Assembly: GCF_964355755.1 (NCBI RefSeq)
Contig: NC_092678.1
Coordinates: 11,592,352 to 11,656,351, forward strand
Length of the DNA stretch: 64,000 nt
Direction of reading: 5' to 3'
Source of the DNA: Antedon mediterranea
Lineage: Eukaryota > Animalia > Echinodermata
The notes under the pieces: model-generated
Seen by the model: the letters and a program-made list of their open reading frames with translations, nothing else
The model's database searches: none
Told to the model about the DNA's origin: nothing
In this document: positions 40,956-52,464 of the stretch, in pieces
Layout: every line of letters starts with the position of its first letter
Position numbering within the stretch: position 1 is the stretch's first letter
Made by a program: the position numbers and the translations under genes

Positions 40956-41554
40956 CATACAACTCCCAACAATGTATAACCAAGTTAAATTCAATCCATC
41001 CTTAAAATTTTTTTACTAATAATTACATCTCAAAGAATAGGGAAAGAGGGGGTTGGGGAAAAATGAATTCAAGATTATAAAGTGGTCATAGATTACTTTT
41101 TTCCATTTGTAATAATAAACACTTATAGGATGATTTATGTAGGCTTTATAATCATATAGTTATATTTTTCCAAAGATTTGAAGTGCAGGCCCTACATTTA
41201 TTAGTATTTTTGCAGCGAATAATTTTCAGCAATCGGAAAAACCTGTTGTAAAACACAATTGCATGAGGTTGTCAGGTGGTACAGTCCATACCCCCAAATA
41301 TAATAGTGTTGACCATTTTTCGTCAGGGAAATTTAATTCTTTTACTCTCATAATTGCAACAGTCTGGTTCTTGTATCTAATTTATATAGATGTTACGGGC
41401 GATTAAGTGTATATAAAATATAGTGTAAAATGTTCTGTATTTATTTTTGTTAAAATGCATTTTACTGACCTTATACTTTTAATAAGCATTTAGCCTACCA
41501 GACATACTATGTTATGTTAAACTTTCATTCAACCCTTTGTGTATCAATGGATTA

Positions 41555-42350
41555 CCGTATATTTCGGTGTATAAGTCACACTTTTGACACGCAAATTTGA
41601 CCTCTAAATTAAGGGTGCGTCTTATACACCGAACACAAATGCCTCACCACACAGATTGTACATAGAGGCTATCGTCACCTCGTTTGCTAGGCCTGAGTAG
41701 GCTAGGCCTACAGTAGCTACAGTATACTGACGTAACGGCAACCTGGTTCTGCCTAGTTTTCGAGGCATTTTAGCATGATGTTATACTAAATATGATGAAA
41801 AGATTTGTTCATTATGTAGCTGTTTTAGGCGCTCCGATAAAATTTCATTTGTAAACGTTTACGTACAATTGGAATAGTATTTATTTATAGCTAGTTATAC
41901 GCACGATCGCCGACCGCCGTACCCCCAGCGCAAGCCCTTCTTGGCGGCCCCATGGTGTAGTAGTATATTCTCCAGGTGATTATAGCATGGACCTAGCGTA
42001 CACACTTCTCGGATACATAGATACTAATCAAATACGATTGTCCGTGAAAACGTGCGCCCTCTCGAAATGATCGAGCGAGGCTCGTGTTACACACACAGTC
42101 ATGCACTCGATGTTATTGCGGGTGCGAAACTCATGAATAACAAGTTAGAAAGAACTTGTTGAGGCTGGGCGCGGCCGAGTCTAGGTAAGAAAAAACCTAA
42201 ATAAAGGACGCCGTTGTAGATATAACAAAATATATTATTACAATAATATTGATTACAATTTATAAAAACATTGTTTTGATGAAATATAAGGTGCGTCTTA
42301 TACATCGACGATATAAAAAATACCGATATTTTATACACCGAAATATACGG
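41555..42350 (+). mobile_element. Tc1/mariner (pogo/Tigger-like) MITE, copy 1
   Basis: TA TSD and perfect 20-bp TIR CCGTATATTTCGGTGTATAA. Confidence 0.9.
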
Positions 42351-43114
42351 TAATTAGATTTCTATTGCAACTCTTTCATAGAAATTTTCATGCGTTTGAA
42401 ATTTGTTAATCAGCACGTGTACGGCTCCCACCCGTTGAAGACGGGTACTAATTCTTGTAGCCTATACAAATTTGGCTACCTACGCTTGTCAGCTTTATAC
42501 TGCGCACTACACCACTGATTATTGAGTGGTGATGTGGCAGGTAATGCATGATTTTTTATCTTTTGTATCAATTATTGTGATCTTGCTCCTTTTACTTAAA
42601 GACAATGTATCTATGGTCAGTTTGCAACAGGTCATTAACAACCAAATACAGCTGATACAATAACAATTAAACTAAATATATTGTTGCCAAACAGTAAGAA
42701 AAGCTAATTCCACTAGATAGGAAAATAACAAACATGCATCAATGTGTATAATCATAAAATGAACACTCATATCATAAAATATGCACACTTATTATACTAA
42801 ATTAACTGTTATCTTGTAGAGTATGACCTAATGAATTTCAAAACACTTTGAGTAATCAAAATTGTAACAGCTTTGTCAACAAATGGAGTTTGTAATCAAG
42901 ACATTGACAATGCCTTTTCCTGTTTAGAATATTGTTAGCATTTTATTGTAATAATTAAAATAAATTGTAATACTTGAAATCTTAATTGCAATATCAATAT
43001 CAACGAATCAATGCTTAATATTACTTTTTTATTCTATCTATATTTTAATAGAACTAATGAAAAATGTGTTCCTCTATCTCCTCCTAAACCGCAAGTCCAA
43101 TACTTATAGTGCTG

Positions 43115-46100
43115 TGATTGATTGATTGATTGAATTTATTTGATGCTCAACATTAAAATAACAAACAGACAAAAGACAAAATAACGAGCATCAGGAACAC
43201 CCATTAGGCCGGAAAAACCAGCCCATTTCCAATGGGGTCCAAATTGCACATAACAAACAAGAGAAAATACAACATTAATAAAACTATAAATATATAAATA
43301 TACATTAAAATAAAGCCCAGTAAAACAGAAAAATTAAAATGAGAAAAATTGCACGTAATCAAGACCATTATAGTTATCAAAATTATTCTAAATATAAAAT
43401 ATTGCGTTCAAAATGTTTTTTAATATGAGATTTGAAGGTAGTTAAGTTGGAAATTAATTTTAAGTTTGATGGAAGAGCGTTCCAGTCTTTGATAGCAGAG
43501 AAGAAAAAAGTAGAATGAGACTGTTTATTTCCTTTAAGTAGAGGTAAAACCAGATTAACATTACGTTGGCGTGTGTTATGTGTGTGGATTGTGGATGTCC
43601 GTGAGAAATGTTCAGATAGATATGGAGCTGCATTGTTATTGACAATTTTATGAACATTACAAAGCCTGAGAAATTTTACTCTACTTTCCACCTTAAGCAT
43701 GCCAATGTCTGATAACTCCTTCTGACCAATATGAGATCGTGGTCCGAAACCGTAAATAAAACGCACAAATTTGTTCTGAGTGGTCTGTAGTTTTTGCTTC
43801 AAAACTTTGTCAATACCTTCATACCAAGTCGAAGCACAGTAATCAAACAAGCATTGAATTAAGGCAGAGCATAACAGTTTTTTCGTGTTTTTGTCCAAGC
43901 AACTAGCCTGACGATATAAATACCTTAATCTACTATTCGCCTTTTTTATAACACTTTTGGCGATGTTGTTACAAGAGGCAGAACTATCAAGTTCTATACC
44001 TAAATATTTTACTGACTTAGAACCCGTTAAAGTAAGGCCATGAGAAATAATATTGAAAGATCGTAAACATTGAAGTCGTTTTTGGGTACAAAATATGATA
44101 GATTCAGTTTTACTGATATTGATAGATAGTTTGTTATCGACAAGCCATACTCTACATGAATCAAGAGCTTTACTAAGTTTATCAGCGACGACAGTCGGAT
44201 CTTTGTGCCAGAAAACAATTGCACTGTCATCAGCATATAACAGCAATTTGCATTCAGGGTCGATACTTACAACCATATCGTTTATGAAACATAAAAAAAG
44301 CAAAGGACCCAGTATGCTACCCTGTGGAACTCCACATGAAATATCCATGGGAACGGATAAGGAGTCTTCGATTTTAACAATTTGGCTTCTGTTTGACAAA
44401 TATGAACGAAACCAGTCTAATGAGGTGATGCCCATTAACAAAAGCTTTTCACACAATATATCATGATCGACAGTGTCGAATGCCTTACATAAATCTATAA
44501 GTACCATACCAGTATGTGTACCTTCGGAGTTATTTAATTTAATTGTGTCTAACAGATTAATTAAAGTACTTTCGGTAGAATGAAATTGCCGAAAACCTGA
44601 CTGATATTGATAAATAAGATCATTTTCCACAAGGTACTGTTCTAACTGAACATGAACCGACCTTTCGAGAATTTTTGAGACAACACTTAAGACGCTGATG
44701 GGTCTATAGTTTTCTGGATTTTTACGACATTTTTTTTTATACAGTGGGATGACTTTAGCTATTTTAAAATCACTCGGAACAACTCCTGTATTAATTGACA
44801 AATTGATAAAATACGTTAAAGGGGAAGCCAGTACACCGGCGCCATCTTTAAGGAATTTAGCTGGTAGCCCATCGAGACCTGTACTTTTCGTAGGGTCAAG
44901 ACTTTCAAGTTGTTTAAGAATGAATTCTTCTGACACAGGTTTAAGGCTAAAAAGAGTTGTAACTTTTGAAGAATAAAAGTCTTTTACAATTTTGGAACCG
45001 TAGTTAAACATGTTACTCATGGGTGGAAGTTTATCAACAAGATATCTTGCTACATTGGTAAAATGATTATTAAAATGTGTAGCAACCTCTTGTGGATTGT
45101 GAATTTTTGATTCATTTATTTCCAAAACAACTTTAGCTTGTTCAGACGTCTTTTCACTATATCCTAATTTCTTAAGATGTTGCCATAATTTCTTAGGATT
45201 GTTTTTATTTTCAATTATTTTATTTCGAAAATACGTTGATTTAGCTTTTTTAACATTGCGCTTGACCTTGTTTCTTAATTTACAATACATATCATGATCT
45301 TCTTTGATTTTACTCTTTTTAAATTTATTAAAATATTGATCACGAGTTCGTATATCATTTAGAATATCTGTGTTAAACCATGGATCTGACCTTTGTTTCA
45401 CCCTCATCTTTCTAAGGGGTGCCACACAATTTATGACGGAGCTAAGAGCTTCCTTAAATGACGACCATGCGTCGTTAACATTAACTTTAGATGTAACGTT
45501 TGTCCAATCTATCTCGGACAGTTTTGACAGGAATTCCTCTTTGTTGTACTGTTTAAATGATCTTGAGTAAATGGTCTTATGCGATGAGTATTTTGCTTTA
45601 CAAGATTTGCGTGTGCAAAATATCAGCATATGATCACTTAGGCCTGTGTTTATAACACCGGAATTAGAAATTTTGTCTTGAGAATTACATAGGATATGGT
45701 CTAAACATGAGGATGAATTCCTGTCAAAACGAGTGTCTTCACTTATCAAGTTAGAGAATCCTAGTAATTCGAGAACATTTTTATAATTCGTAGATTGAGT
45801 ACAATCTCTGTTAGTATTTATGTTAAAATCACCATTTATGATGGTTTCAAGGTTGTTAATTTTATTTACAGTGTCTTCGAAAAAGTTTAGAAAATTGTTG
45901 ACATTCTGTTCAGGAGGACGGTAATAGGTTCCAACAACGATTGGTTTTGTATCCGGGAGGTTGAGTTCAATCCATACTGATTCAACATTATTGTCCATTA
46001 AATCTTCTCTCTTGGTAAACGCTTTGTCCGTACGCACATACATACATACTCCACCTCCTCTACGAGAAGATCTATCATTGCGAACTAAGGTATATCTATC

Positions 46101-47400
46101 TATGTTTACTTCATTATCAGGAACAGTCTCATCTAGCCAAGACTCGGTGATGGATATAACTGCTGCCTTTGATTTTAATGCGATTTCCCTTATTTCAGAT
46201 ATTTTGGGAATCAGCGATCGTACATTAAGTTGAAGAAAATGCATTCCTTGTTTGTTAATTGTTTTTGCGATGTCGTCCATGTCATCGTCTAGGGGATCAA
46301 TCTGATTAGCGTCAGATACATCTTGGTTCTGATTTTCATGAAAGTCTGCATCATACCATGGGAGCGAGTTCAAGGAGCATATATCGCAAATATAAGAGGA
46401 TGACTTACCGGCGCACTTTGTATGTATTGTTTTAATGTCGCATGCATTGCATCTGATGATTTTACTTCGCTTGTTAAATCCTCTACTGCATACGTCACAA
46501 AATGACTTTTGTTGAGGTCCAGGATTTAGGGAGACATCCCCAGCAATAATGATCAAGTAACTTAACGTTAAGTGGTGATGTTTTCTTAATATACGTTTTA
46601 CAGGATATCTCGAAGAGCTTGCACCGTACATTTGCCAGAGTGGTGATCTCAAATCCAAGTTATCCTGCTTAATGTGGGTAGGTGCTGACCAGTTGCTTGC
46701 GATGTCAGGTCCGACTTCAGTGAAGTCTAAAGTCGGTTGACTTAGGGTGCATATTCTTACTATGATACATAGTAAATGGATGAATAATGTTCTAAATTGT
46801 ACTTTATACTGCATGATGATGAGCAAAGTAGGAAATACGTTGTTTTATGTTAAAAATGTAAGCATTCAAAGACAAGCGTTTCATCGATTGTCACGATACA
46901 AAAAACAAAATTACAGTACGACCAACAGTAACTGTAAATATTATTGTTGTGATAATCCGCACTAGTTTGTTTTGTAAAAAAAATATCCAAACAGCCAATG
47001 ATTTAGATGAGGAGAGTGAACCTAGGCCTAGTCAAAAGACTAAACGTAACGTACCGTATGGTGGTAAGCACAATGCTTGGCGTCCCTGGTTACCGGCGTT
47101 AGCAACAAACGTATAAAAAGGCGCGAAAGGCCTAGCTGATCAAAGTGAAGAAAATGATATAATCCTAACTCACAGCTTGTAAATTAAAACAGTTTTCTTC
47201 AATCAATATTTGTTGCTGTATCGATATGTCAGTTATTTAACTGTTGGTATATCCAAAAATCAAGAAAATGGATTTTAAAAGACAATCAGTGTAGAGGGAA
47301 AATTAACTACGTCTACACACACCTTTGGCCCTCTACCTACCTGTTCGCTACCTAAGCTATGATATAGCCCTAGCCCAGCACCATCTTCCAAATGCAATTG
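43115..47400 (-). mobile_element. Apparently full-length single-ORF L2/CR1-group (Crack/Daphne-like) LINE
   Basis: Intact ORF, 3' stem TGATGCTC/GAGCATCA, AATAAA and (AATC)n tail at 43115-43133. The 5' boundary is approximate (GAAGATGG near 47381-47390). No TSD found. Confidence 0.88.
43383..46814 (-). CDS. LINE polyprotein: hydrophobic leader, 2A-like motif, PHD finger, AP endonuclease, reverse transcriptase (1143 aa from first ATG)
   Basis: GDVSLNPGP; C4HC3 finger CDVC..CNAC..H..C..CDIC; APE motifs LNVRSL, ITESWL, GDFN, LDHI, SDH; RT motifs YRPIS, KAFD, VPQGSILGP, YADD, YLG. No stops. Confidence 0.96.
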   Translation of the reverse strand: MQYKVQFRTLFIHLLCIIVRICTLSQPTLDFTEVGPDIASNWSAPTHIKQDNLDLRSPLWQMYGASSSRYPVKRILRKHHHLTLSYLIIIAGDVSLNPGPQQKSFCDVCSRGFNKRSKIIRCNACDIKTIHTKCAGKSSSYICDICSLNSLPWYDADFHENQNQDVSDANQIDPLDDDMDDIAKTINKQGMHFLQLNVRSLIPKISEIREIALKSKAAVISITESWLDETVPDNEVNIDRYTLVRNDRSSRRGGGVCMYVRTDKAFTKREDLMDNNVESVWIELNLPDTKPIVVGTYYRPPEQNVNNFLNFFEDTVNKINNLETIINGDFNINTNRDCTQSTNYKNVLELLGFSNLISEDTRFDRNSSSCLDHILCNSQDKISNSGVINTGLSDHMLIFCTRKSCKAKYSSHKTIYSRSFKQYNKEEFLSKLSEIDWTNVTSKVNVNDAWSSFKEALSSVINCVAPLRKMRVKQRSDPWFNTDILNDIRTRDQYFNKFKKSKIKEDHDMYCKLRNKVKRNVKKAKSTYFRNKIIENKNNPKKLWQHLKKLGYSEKTSEQAKVVLEINESKIHNPQEVATHFNNHFTNVARYLVDKLPPMSNMFNYGSKIVKDFYSSKVTTLFSLKPVSEEFILKQLESLDPTKSTGLDGLPAKFLKDGAGVLASPLTYFINLSINTGVVPSDFKIAKVIPLYKKKCRKNPENYRPISVLSVVSKILERSVHVQLEQYLVENDLIYQYQSGFRQFHSTESTLINLLDTIKLNNSEGTHTGMVLIDLCKAFDTVDHDILCEKLLLMGITSLDWFRSYLSNRSQIVKIEDSLSVPMDISCGVPQGSILGPLLFLCFINDMVVSIDPECKLLLYADDSAIVFWHKDPTVVADKLSKALDSCRVWLVDNKLSINISKTESIIFCTQKRLQCLRSFNIISHGLTLTGSKSVKYLGIELDSSASCNNIAKSVIKKANSRLRYLYRQASCLDKNTKKLLCSALIQCLFDYCASTWYEGIDKVLKQKLQTTQNKFVRFIYGFGPRSHIGQKELSDIGMLKVESRVKFLRLCNVHKIVNNNAAPYLSEHFSRTSTIHTHNTRQRNVNLVLPLLKGNKQSHSTFFFSAIKDWNALPSNLKLISNLTTFKSHIKKHFERNILYLE

Positions 47401-47494
47401 CAAGCCTAACTAGCCTAACTAGCCTAACTGGGGCACGTTTTTTGATGTAATCTCTTTTCAACTGCCGGCCTTGTACATGAGGTGTTACCTCTCA

Positions 47495-48190
47495 GATGTT
47501 ATGACGTCATCATATGGCCACCAGAATATAGGATTTTTGCCTCTTTTGTCATAGCTCATCACAGATATTAATATTTGTTTGCTCAATTATCTTTTGTAGG
47601 AATTACAAACATTTTAATTTTGATGATGTCATCATGTTTGAAAGTATGAATACATGGGTCACTTATTTTCATCTTTACACTAAATTTCAGTGTGTTATAG
47701 CTCCTCAGAATAAAAAGTGATGATACTCTTTATTAAAATGTTTTCTGGAAGCTGTTGAATTGCAGATATGAATTCAGTAAACATTTTGTGTATTGAATGA
47801 TGTGACAGAATCATATGGCTAGTTGAAATTTAAAAGTCGTATTTTCATCTTTTGCGTCCTAGTTCATCACATTTAAAAGAGCATGCATCTATATTCAATG
47901 TGTCCAGATTTCTTCAACACGTCAATATGCTCAGATAATTTCGTTCCAAAATTGCTATCTTTATGTTTCATTTTGATGACATCATGTTAAAAATTCGATG
48001 AAAACATGGGTCACGTAATTTTCCCAATGCTAAACTGTATAGTACAGTATATATTGTATACTGTTTAGACACAAATTAGAGAGCACACTAACATTTATTT
48101 TCATCAGGTCATAATGGCATAATCTATTTTCTGTGCGCAATATTCTAACGTTGCATGTGTTGTGTTCCATCTTTTGACTCAAGTTAATTA
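47495..48190 (+). mobile_element. Old HINE-family fragment, opposite orientation to copies A-C
   Basis: Reverse-complement similarity to 24200-24920 (e.g. aaagtcgtattttcat, attgctatct, gtcataatggcataatct). Confidence 0.7.
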
Positions 48191-48637
48191 AATAGAAAAA
48201 TGAACTACTGTATATTCAACACTACTGATTTAGAAATACTGACTTTTCATCAAAATTAATATTTAAAAAAAACAAACTTTTAAGAATACGGGCGTTATTA
48301 TACACAATGAAAAATGAATACTGTAATCGTTAGATAGATTGTCTTTATGCAATTCTTATTGACATTAGATTGCTCCTTAGATGCCTATGTTCTAGTTATA
48401 AACACTGTAAATCATTTTCAGGTGATTTGATACTAATGACAAATTGAAAAGGCTCCTGTGTATAATAAACAATACATAAGGAAAATGAAACCTATTTTTG
48501 TTGCACTATATCTCATTGTGGCTATTCTAGATTGTAAAAGGAATGTCTTTTTTTAAAATAAAATTTAATGAAAAATAAAGAATGATTTGATTCTTTTAAA
48601 TTCATATATTAAGTAAATTGACAATAATATAAATCTA

Positions 48638-49327
48638 CCATATATTTCGGTGTATAAGTCGCACCTGTGTATAAGACGCACCCCCTAACTGAGAGTAAAA
48701 TATCGGTATTTTTTATATCGTCGATGTATAAGACGCACCTTATATTTCATCAAAACAATGTTTTTTTAAATTGTAATCAATATTATTGTAATAATATATT
48801 TTGTTATATCTACAACGGCGTCCAGCCTCAACAAGTTCTTTCTAACTTGTTATTCATGAGTTTCGCACCCACAAAAACCAGTGCATGACCGTGTGTGTAA
48901 CACGTACGTGTGTGGGCTAGCCTCGCTCGATCATTTCAAGAGGGCGCACGTTTTCACGGACAATCGTATTCGATTAGTATCTATGTATCCGAGAAGTGTG
49001 TACGCTAGGTCCATGCTATAATCACCTGGAGAATATACTAGTCGAATACCGTTACACCATGTGGCCGCCAAGAAGGGCTTGCGCTGGGGTACGGCGGTCG
49101 GCGATCGTGCGTATAACTATAAATAAATACTATTCCAATCGTAAACGTTTACAAATTACTAAAACAGCTCCATAATGAACAAATCTTTTCATCATATTTA
49201 GTATAACATCATGCTAAAACGAGGTGACGATATGTACAATCTGTGTGGTGAGGCATTTATGTTCGGTGTATAAGAAGTACCCTTAATTTAGAGGTCAAAA
49301 GTGCGACTTATACACCGAAATATGCGG
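48638..49327 (-). mobile_element. pogo/Tigger-like MITE, copy 2, inverted relative to copy 1
   Basis: TA TSD, TIR CCATATATTTCGGTGTATAAGTCGCAC; interior is the reverse complement of 41555-42350 with different indels. Confidence 0.9.
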
Positions 49328-49379
49328 TAACTAAAATAGCACTAGTTACTGCTGTACATTCCTATTTTATGCTTGGTTT

Positions 49380-49990
49380 TGCTTCTTCAACATGGATGTT
49401 TTGTTTGTGGATATGAGAAGCAATCCATCCAATGCTAACATTGACTGCCATTTTGTATTCATCGCCAAGCCAATGGACCAATTTAGGAAGTCAGATTATT
49501 AGAAGTGATGAAGATGTTGTTGATGTTCAGCTTTTTATGATTTTATCCTTCTAGACACACGTCTTTACTGTCAAGCAAAATGTTTTTAGTTTCATTTTCT
49601 TTTTGAAGGAGTCCATAACCAGACTCTGCTCGCAAAATTTTTATAAGCCTAAACTCCTTTTTACCCTCTGTTTAAGATATCATTCTCGAATTCTTTTGAA
49701 ATTATTAAGACAATGATTTGATGAAATCTTGAAGGATCTGTGTTGAAGAGTGGGTTCGATTCCCCTGAAAAACAATCATTTTGGTCAAGGGAAACCTCAT
49801 CTTGAGTAATGCCAACAAGACCACCAACCCATTTTAACTTTTTTCCTTCTGTTCTGGAGCCTGATCTGGGAAAAGGGTGCTATGACCTTCTTTATTCTCT
49901 GTTATTGGGTCATTCATCTACGTCAAGCCAAGCTGGTTTATTTTTGCTAGATACAATGTATAAGACGAGCATAATGAAAACTAGTCATTA
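49380..49990 (-). pseudogene. Decayed DNA-transposon transposase fragment (Academ-like)
   Basis: Minus strand with frameshifts: HYARLI/LYLAKINQL ... FPDQAPEQKEKKLKWVGGLVGITQDEVSL. This resembles the HxxYAR and DQxxEQ..KxxGGxxGIT motifs I associate with Academ transposases (recalled, not searched). Confidence 0.5.
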
Positions 49991-50936
49991 GTCAAAAAAA
50001 TCTGCGAGATACCCTCCTAATAATATTTGTGATAATTACCATCAAATGTCACTGCTCATTACTTTTAGCCAAATCAGCAAAATTTATAGAGGTTTAATGT
50101 GGTCATTGAAACCAATTGTTGTGTGTTTAGAAGAGACAACTCAATGCATAACATAATTATCCTAGTGGATGCCAGGATAGTGAGGAGGTCGTGGGTTCGA
50201 GTTCCACCAGAATTTTTTTTTTTTTTAATTCTCAATGTACTTTACTTCTAAATAGGGCAAAAACAACTGACCAATATTTATACTTGTAAATGTAAATAGC
50301 TACATTATTCTCTATGTCAAAGGTCAATAACTTTACTTCCGGTCATTTTCTAACAAAATAACATCAATAAATATCAGTGTGCCAATGTGAGCATGTACCG
50401 TTCAGTGGTTTTGGAGGAGATACGTAAAATACGCGAAAAATTTAGTAGCATTAATATATAGATGTTCTTGCGATTGTGTCAAATATTATGGTCAACCAAT
50501 CTACTAACTCTCTTAGGTCAATCGTTAAGAGAGTATTTGTAATAAAAACTTTTTCCCCTGTAAAAATGTACAGAAATGTTTCTGCAATAGTGTTTCACAC
50601 AAGTACAGCATAAAAATCAAGCATGATCCCATGAGATTATGTAATGAGATTTTTCACTTATCCAAAAAATAAATAATAATATTGATTCTTAAAACTTAAA
50701 AGCTATTTTTTTTTTATTCCAATCCTCTGTGCTTCACAAAATAATGTTATCATGCAAATCAAAAACAACATTTGCAAAAATGATGACAATTTTAATTAGA
50801 ACTGTGCATAAAGTTCCCAAGGGTTAGCTTAGGGACATAGCACTAAGTCATGCTTCCTTGAATAAATTGTAGTTGTCTTAAAGATGAATATTATTTTTGA
50901 TTATGTGTCAACTTGCAGGACCATGAATGCATTTCT

Positions 50937-51046
50937 ACAATTATACTTGTTTAGTGTTAGATGGCTTGCCATACAATGGCTAATGACAATTATACTTGTT
51001 TAGTGTTAGATGGCTTGCCATACAATGGCTAATGACAATTATACTT
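50937..51046. repeat. 49-bp tandem duplication (2.2 copies)
   Basis: ACAATTATACTTG starts at 50937, 50986 and 51035. Confidence 0.9.
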
Positions 51047-51599
51047 GGGATACGTTCACATGTACAGAGTGAGAATGGCATGCTTACATAGTCATAGTCA
51101 CAGATTAAAATGCCAACACATGTATAGCGTATATTATATTAATAAATGCTTGTCTCTCTTTTAATATTGGCATTTTTAAAAATACGGTCATCTTAATTAT
51201 TGCCAGCACTTGATTTAAAATTCCCAAGTTCATTTTTCCCCGAAAATCACTACTTTCTTTAACCCAAAACAATTCACACCTTGATCGGAGAGAAGAGAAA
51301 GCAGAGTAGTTTTTTTCAGCAAATCAAATTTAGTATACAATAGTGACATTAAAAACATTGGTAAATATATTTCTACTCAAGCACAACCCGAGTTTCTCTG
51401 TGTTGTTAAGATTGGTTATGTAGCTGTTGTACACAAGTACGTAGTAGTGAGTGACGTTAACAATGCTACACAATAGGTGTACAATATGCCAAGCATACTT
51501 CTGACTTATGTCGTATTACTACCACATATCAAGGAGGTATACTTTTTCAAATTCAAATTTAATTAAATTTTTTTCCAAAAAAAACATAAAAAGTCTCAT

Positions 51600-51866
51600 G
51601 ATTGGAACTCAAGTTTTCTTTAACATTTAATTTTACATTTTTAAGTGAAATTTTTATTTTTGGTTCCGATCTTCTTTCGAATTGTGAAAATGCTTTATTA
51701 TTTTATTATGTACAACAATTTCTTGTTAATTCTGGAAGATTTAATTGATGTTTCTGTTAGTTGTTTTAAAATGTTGTATTTGTTAATCTGAGGCGCCTTG
51801 AAGCTAAGATGGTTCCATCTTGTAAGGCGCCTCTGTGTAATATACTGAATAAAAAAAAAAAAAAAA
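51600..51866 (+). mobile_element. L2-like 3' end remnant
   Basis: Stem GAGGCGCCTT...AAGGCGCCTC with inner AAGATGG/CCATCTT, then AATAAA and poly(A). Confidence 0.6.
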
Positions 51867-51902
51867 AGTATAGAAATCTTTTGTTAATATACACTCACTC
51901 AC

Positions 51903-52039
51903 CTGCAGACCATCAAACAGAAAAAGCATAAGGGATGCGAGGAAAGTTATTGCAAATGTTCTAGATCTTGGCGACCCACAGCATATAGAGTCTGTTTCAC
52001 TTGCAAGATTTTCTTCTTTCATTTCACTCTTGTTTGTGA
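51903..52039 (-). CDS. MFSD4A: MFSD4A-like exon
   Basis: tttctttAG|(V)TNKSEMKEENLASETDSICCGSPRSRTFAITFLASLMLFLFDGLQ|GTGAGT; 137 nt, phase 1 to 0. The DGL motif matches MFSD4A rather than the YVGxE of MFSD4B. Confidence 0.9.
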
Positions 52040-52464
52040 CTAAAGAAAGAAAATAATATAATGTTTGTTAGGAATTTTAAAATTGTTTTCATTCATTTGC
52101 ATAAATATACAATTTATAGCGCAGTGGGATTAAAGCAAATAAAGTAAACGGGTTCACACAAGCCTAATGCTGCATCAGAAACAAAATATGAAGAACAGAA
52201 TCATAAACTATATCTGAAAAGGTATGTAAAGAAGGAATATTCTGGAGATTGAAAATGTGCATAATTTTTTGGGAGGAAAAATGTGGTTCGTTATACAAAT
52301 TTTTTTTACTGCACGTAACCTTACAGATTGGGTAGAAAAATGACCGCAATTTTTGTTATTGCACGTAATCTTACATATGGGATATCAAAATGACCGCAAT
52401 TGTACTGAGATGGTTCTAAACTATATTTGAACATTATCTGCAAATCTTCAACCGAAACACCATA

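Noticed and set aside
43460-46965. Short alternative-frame and antisense ORFs within the LINE
   Set aside because: Shadow ORFs of the long RT frame with no recognisable motifs.
50160-50225. tRNA gene (GGTTCGAGTTCC plus T-run); similar B-box-like segments at ~880-940 and ~49750
   Set aside because: No complete cloverleaf can be formed; most likely decayed SINE heads.
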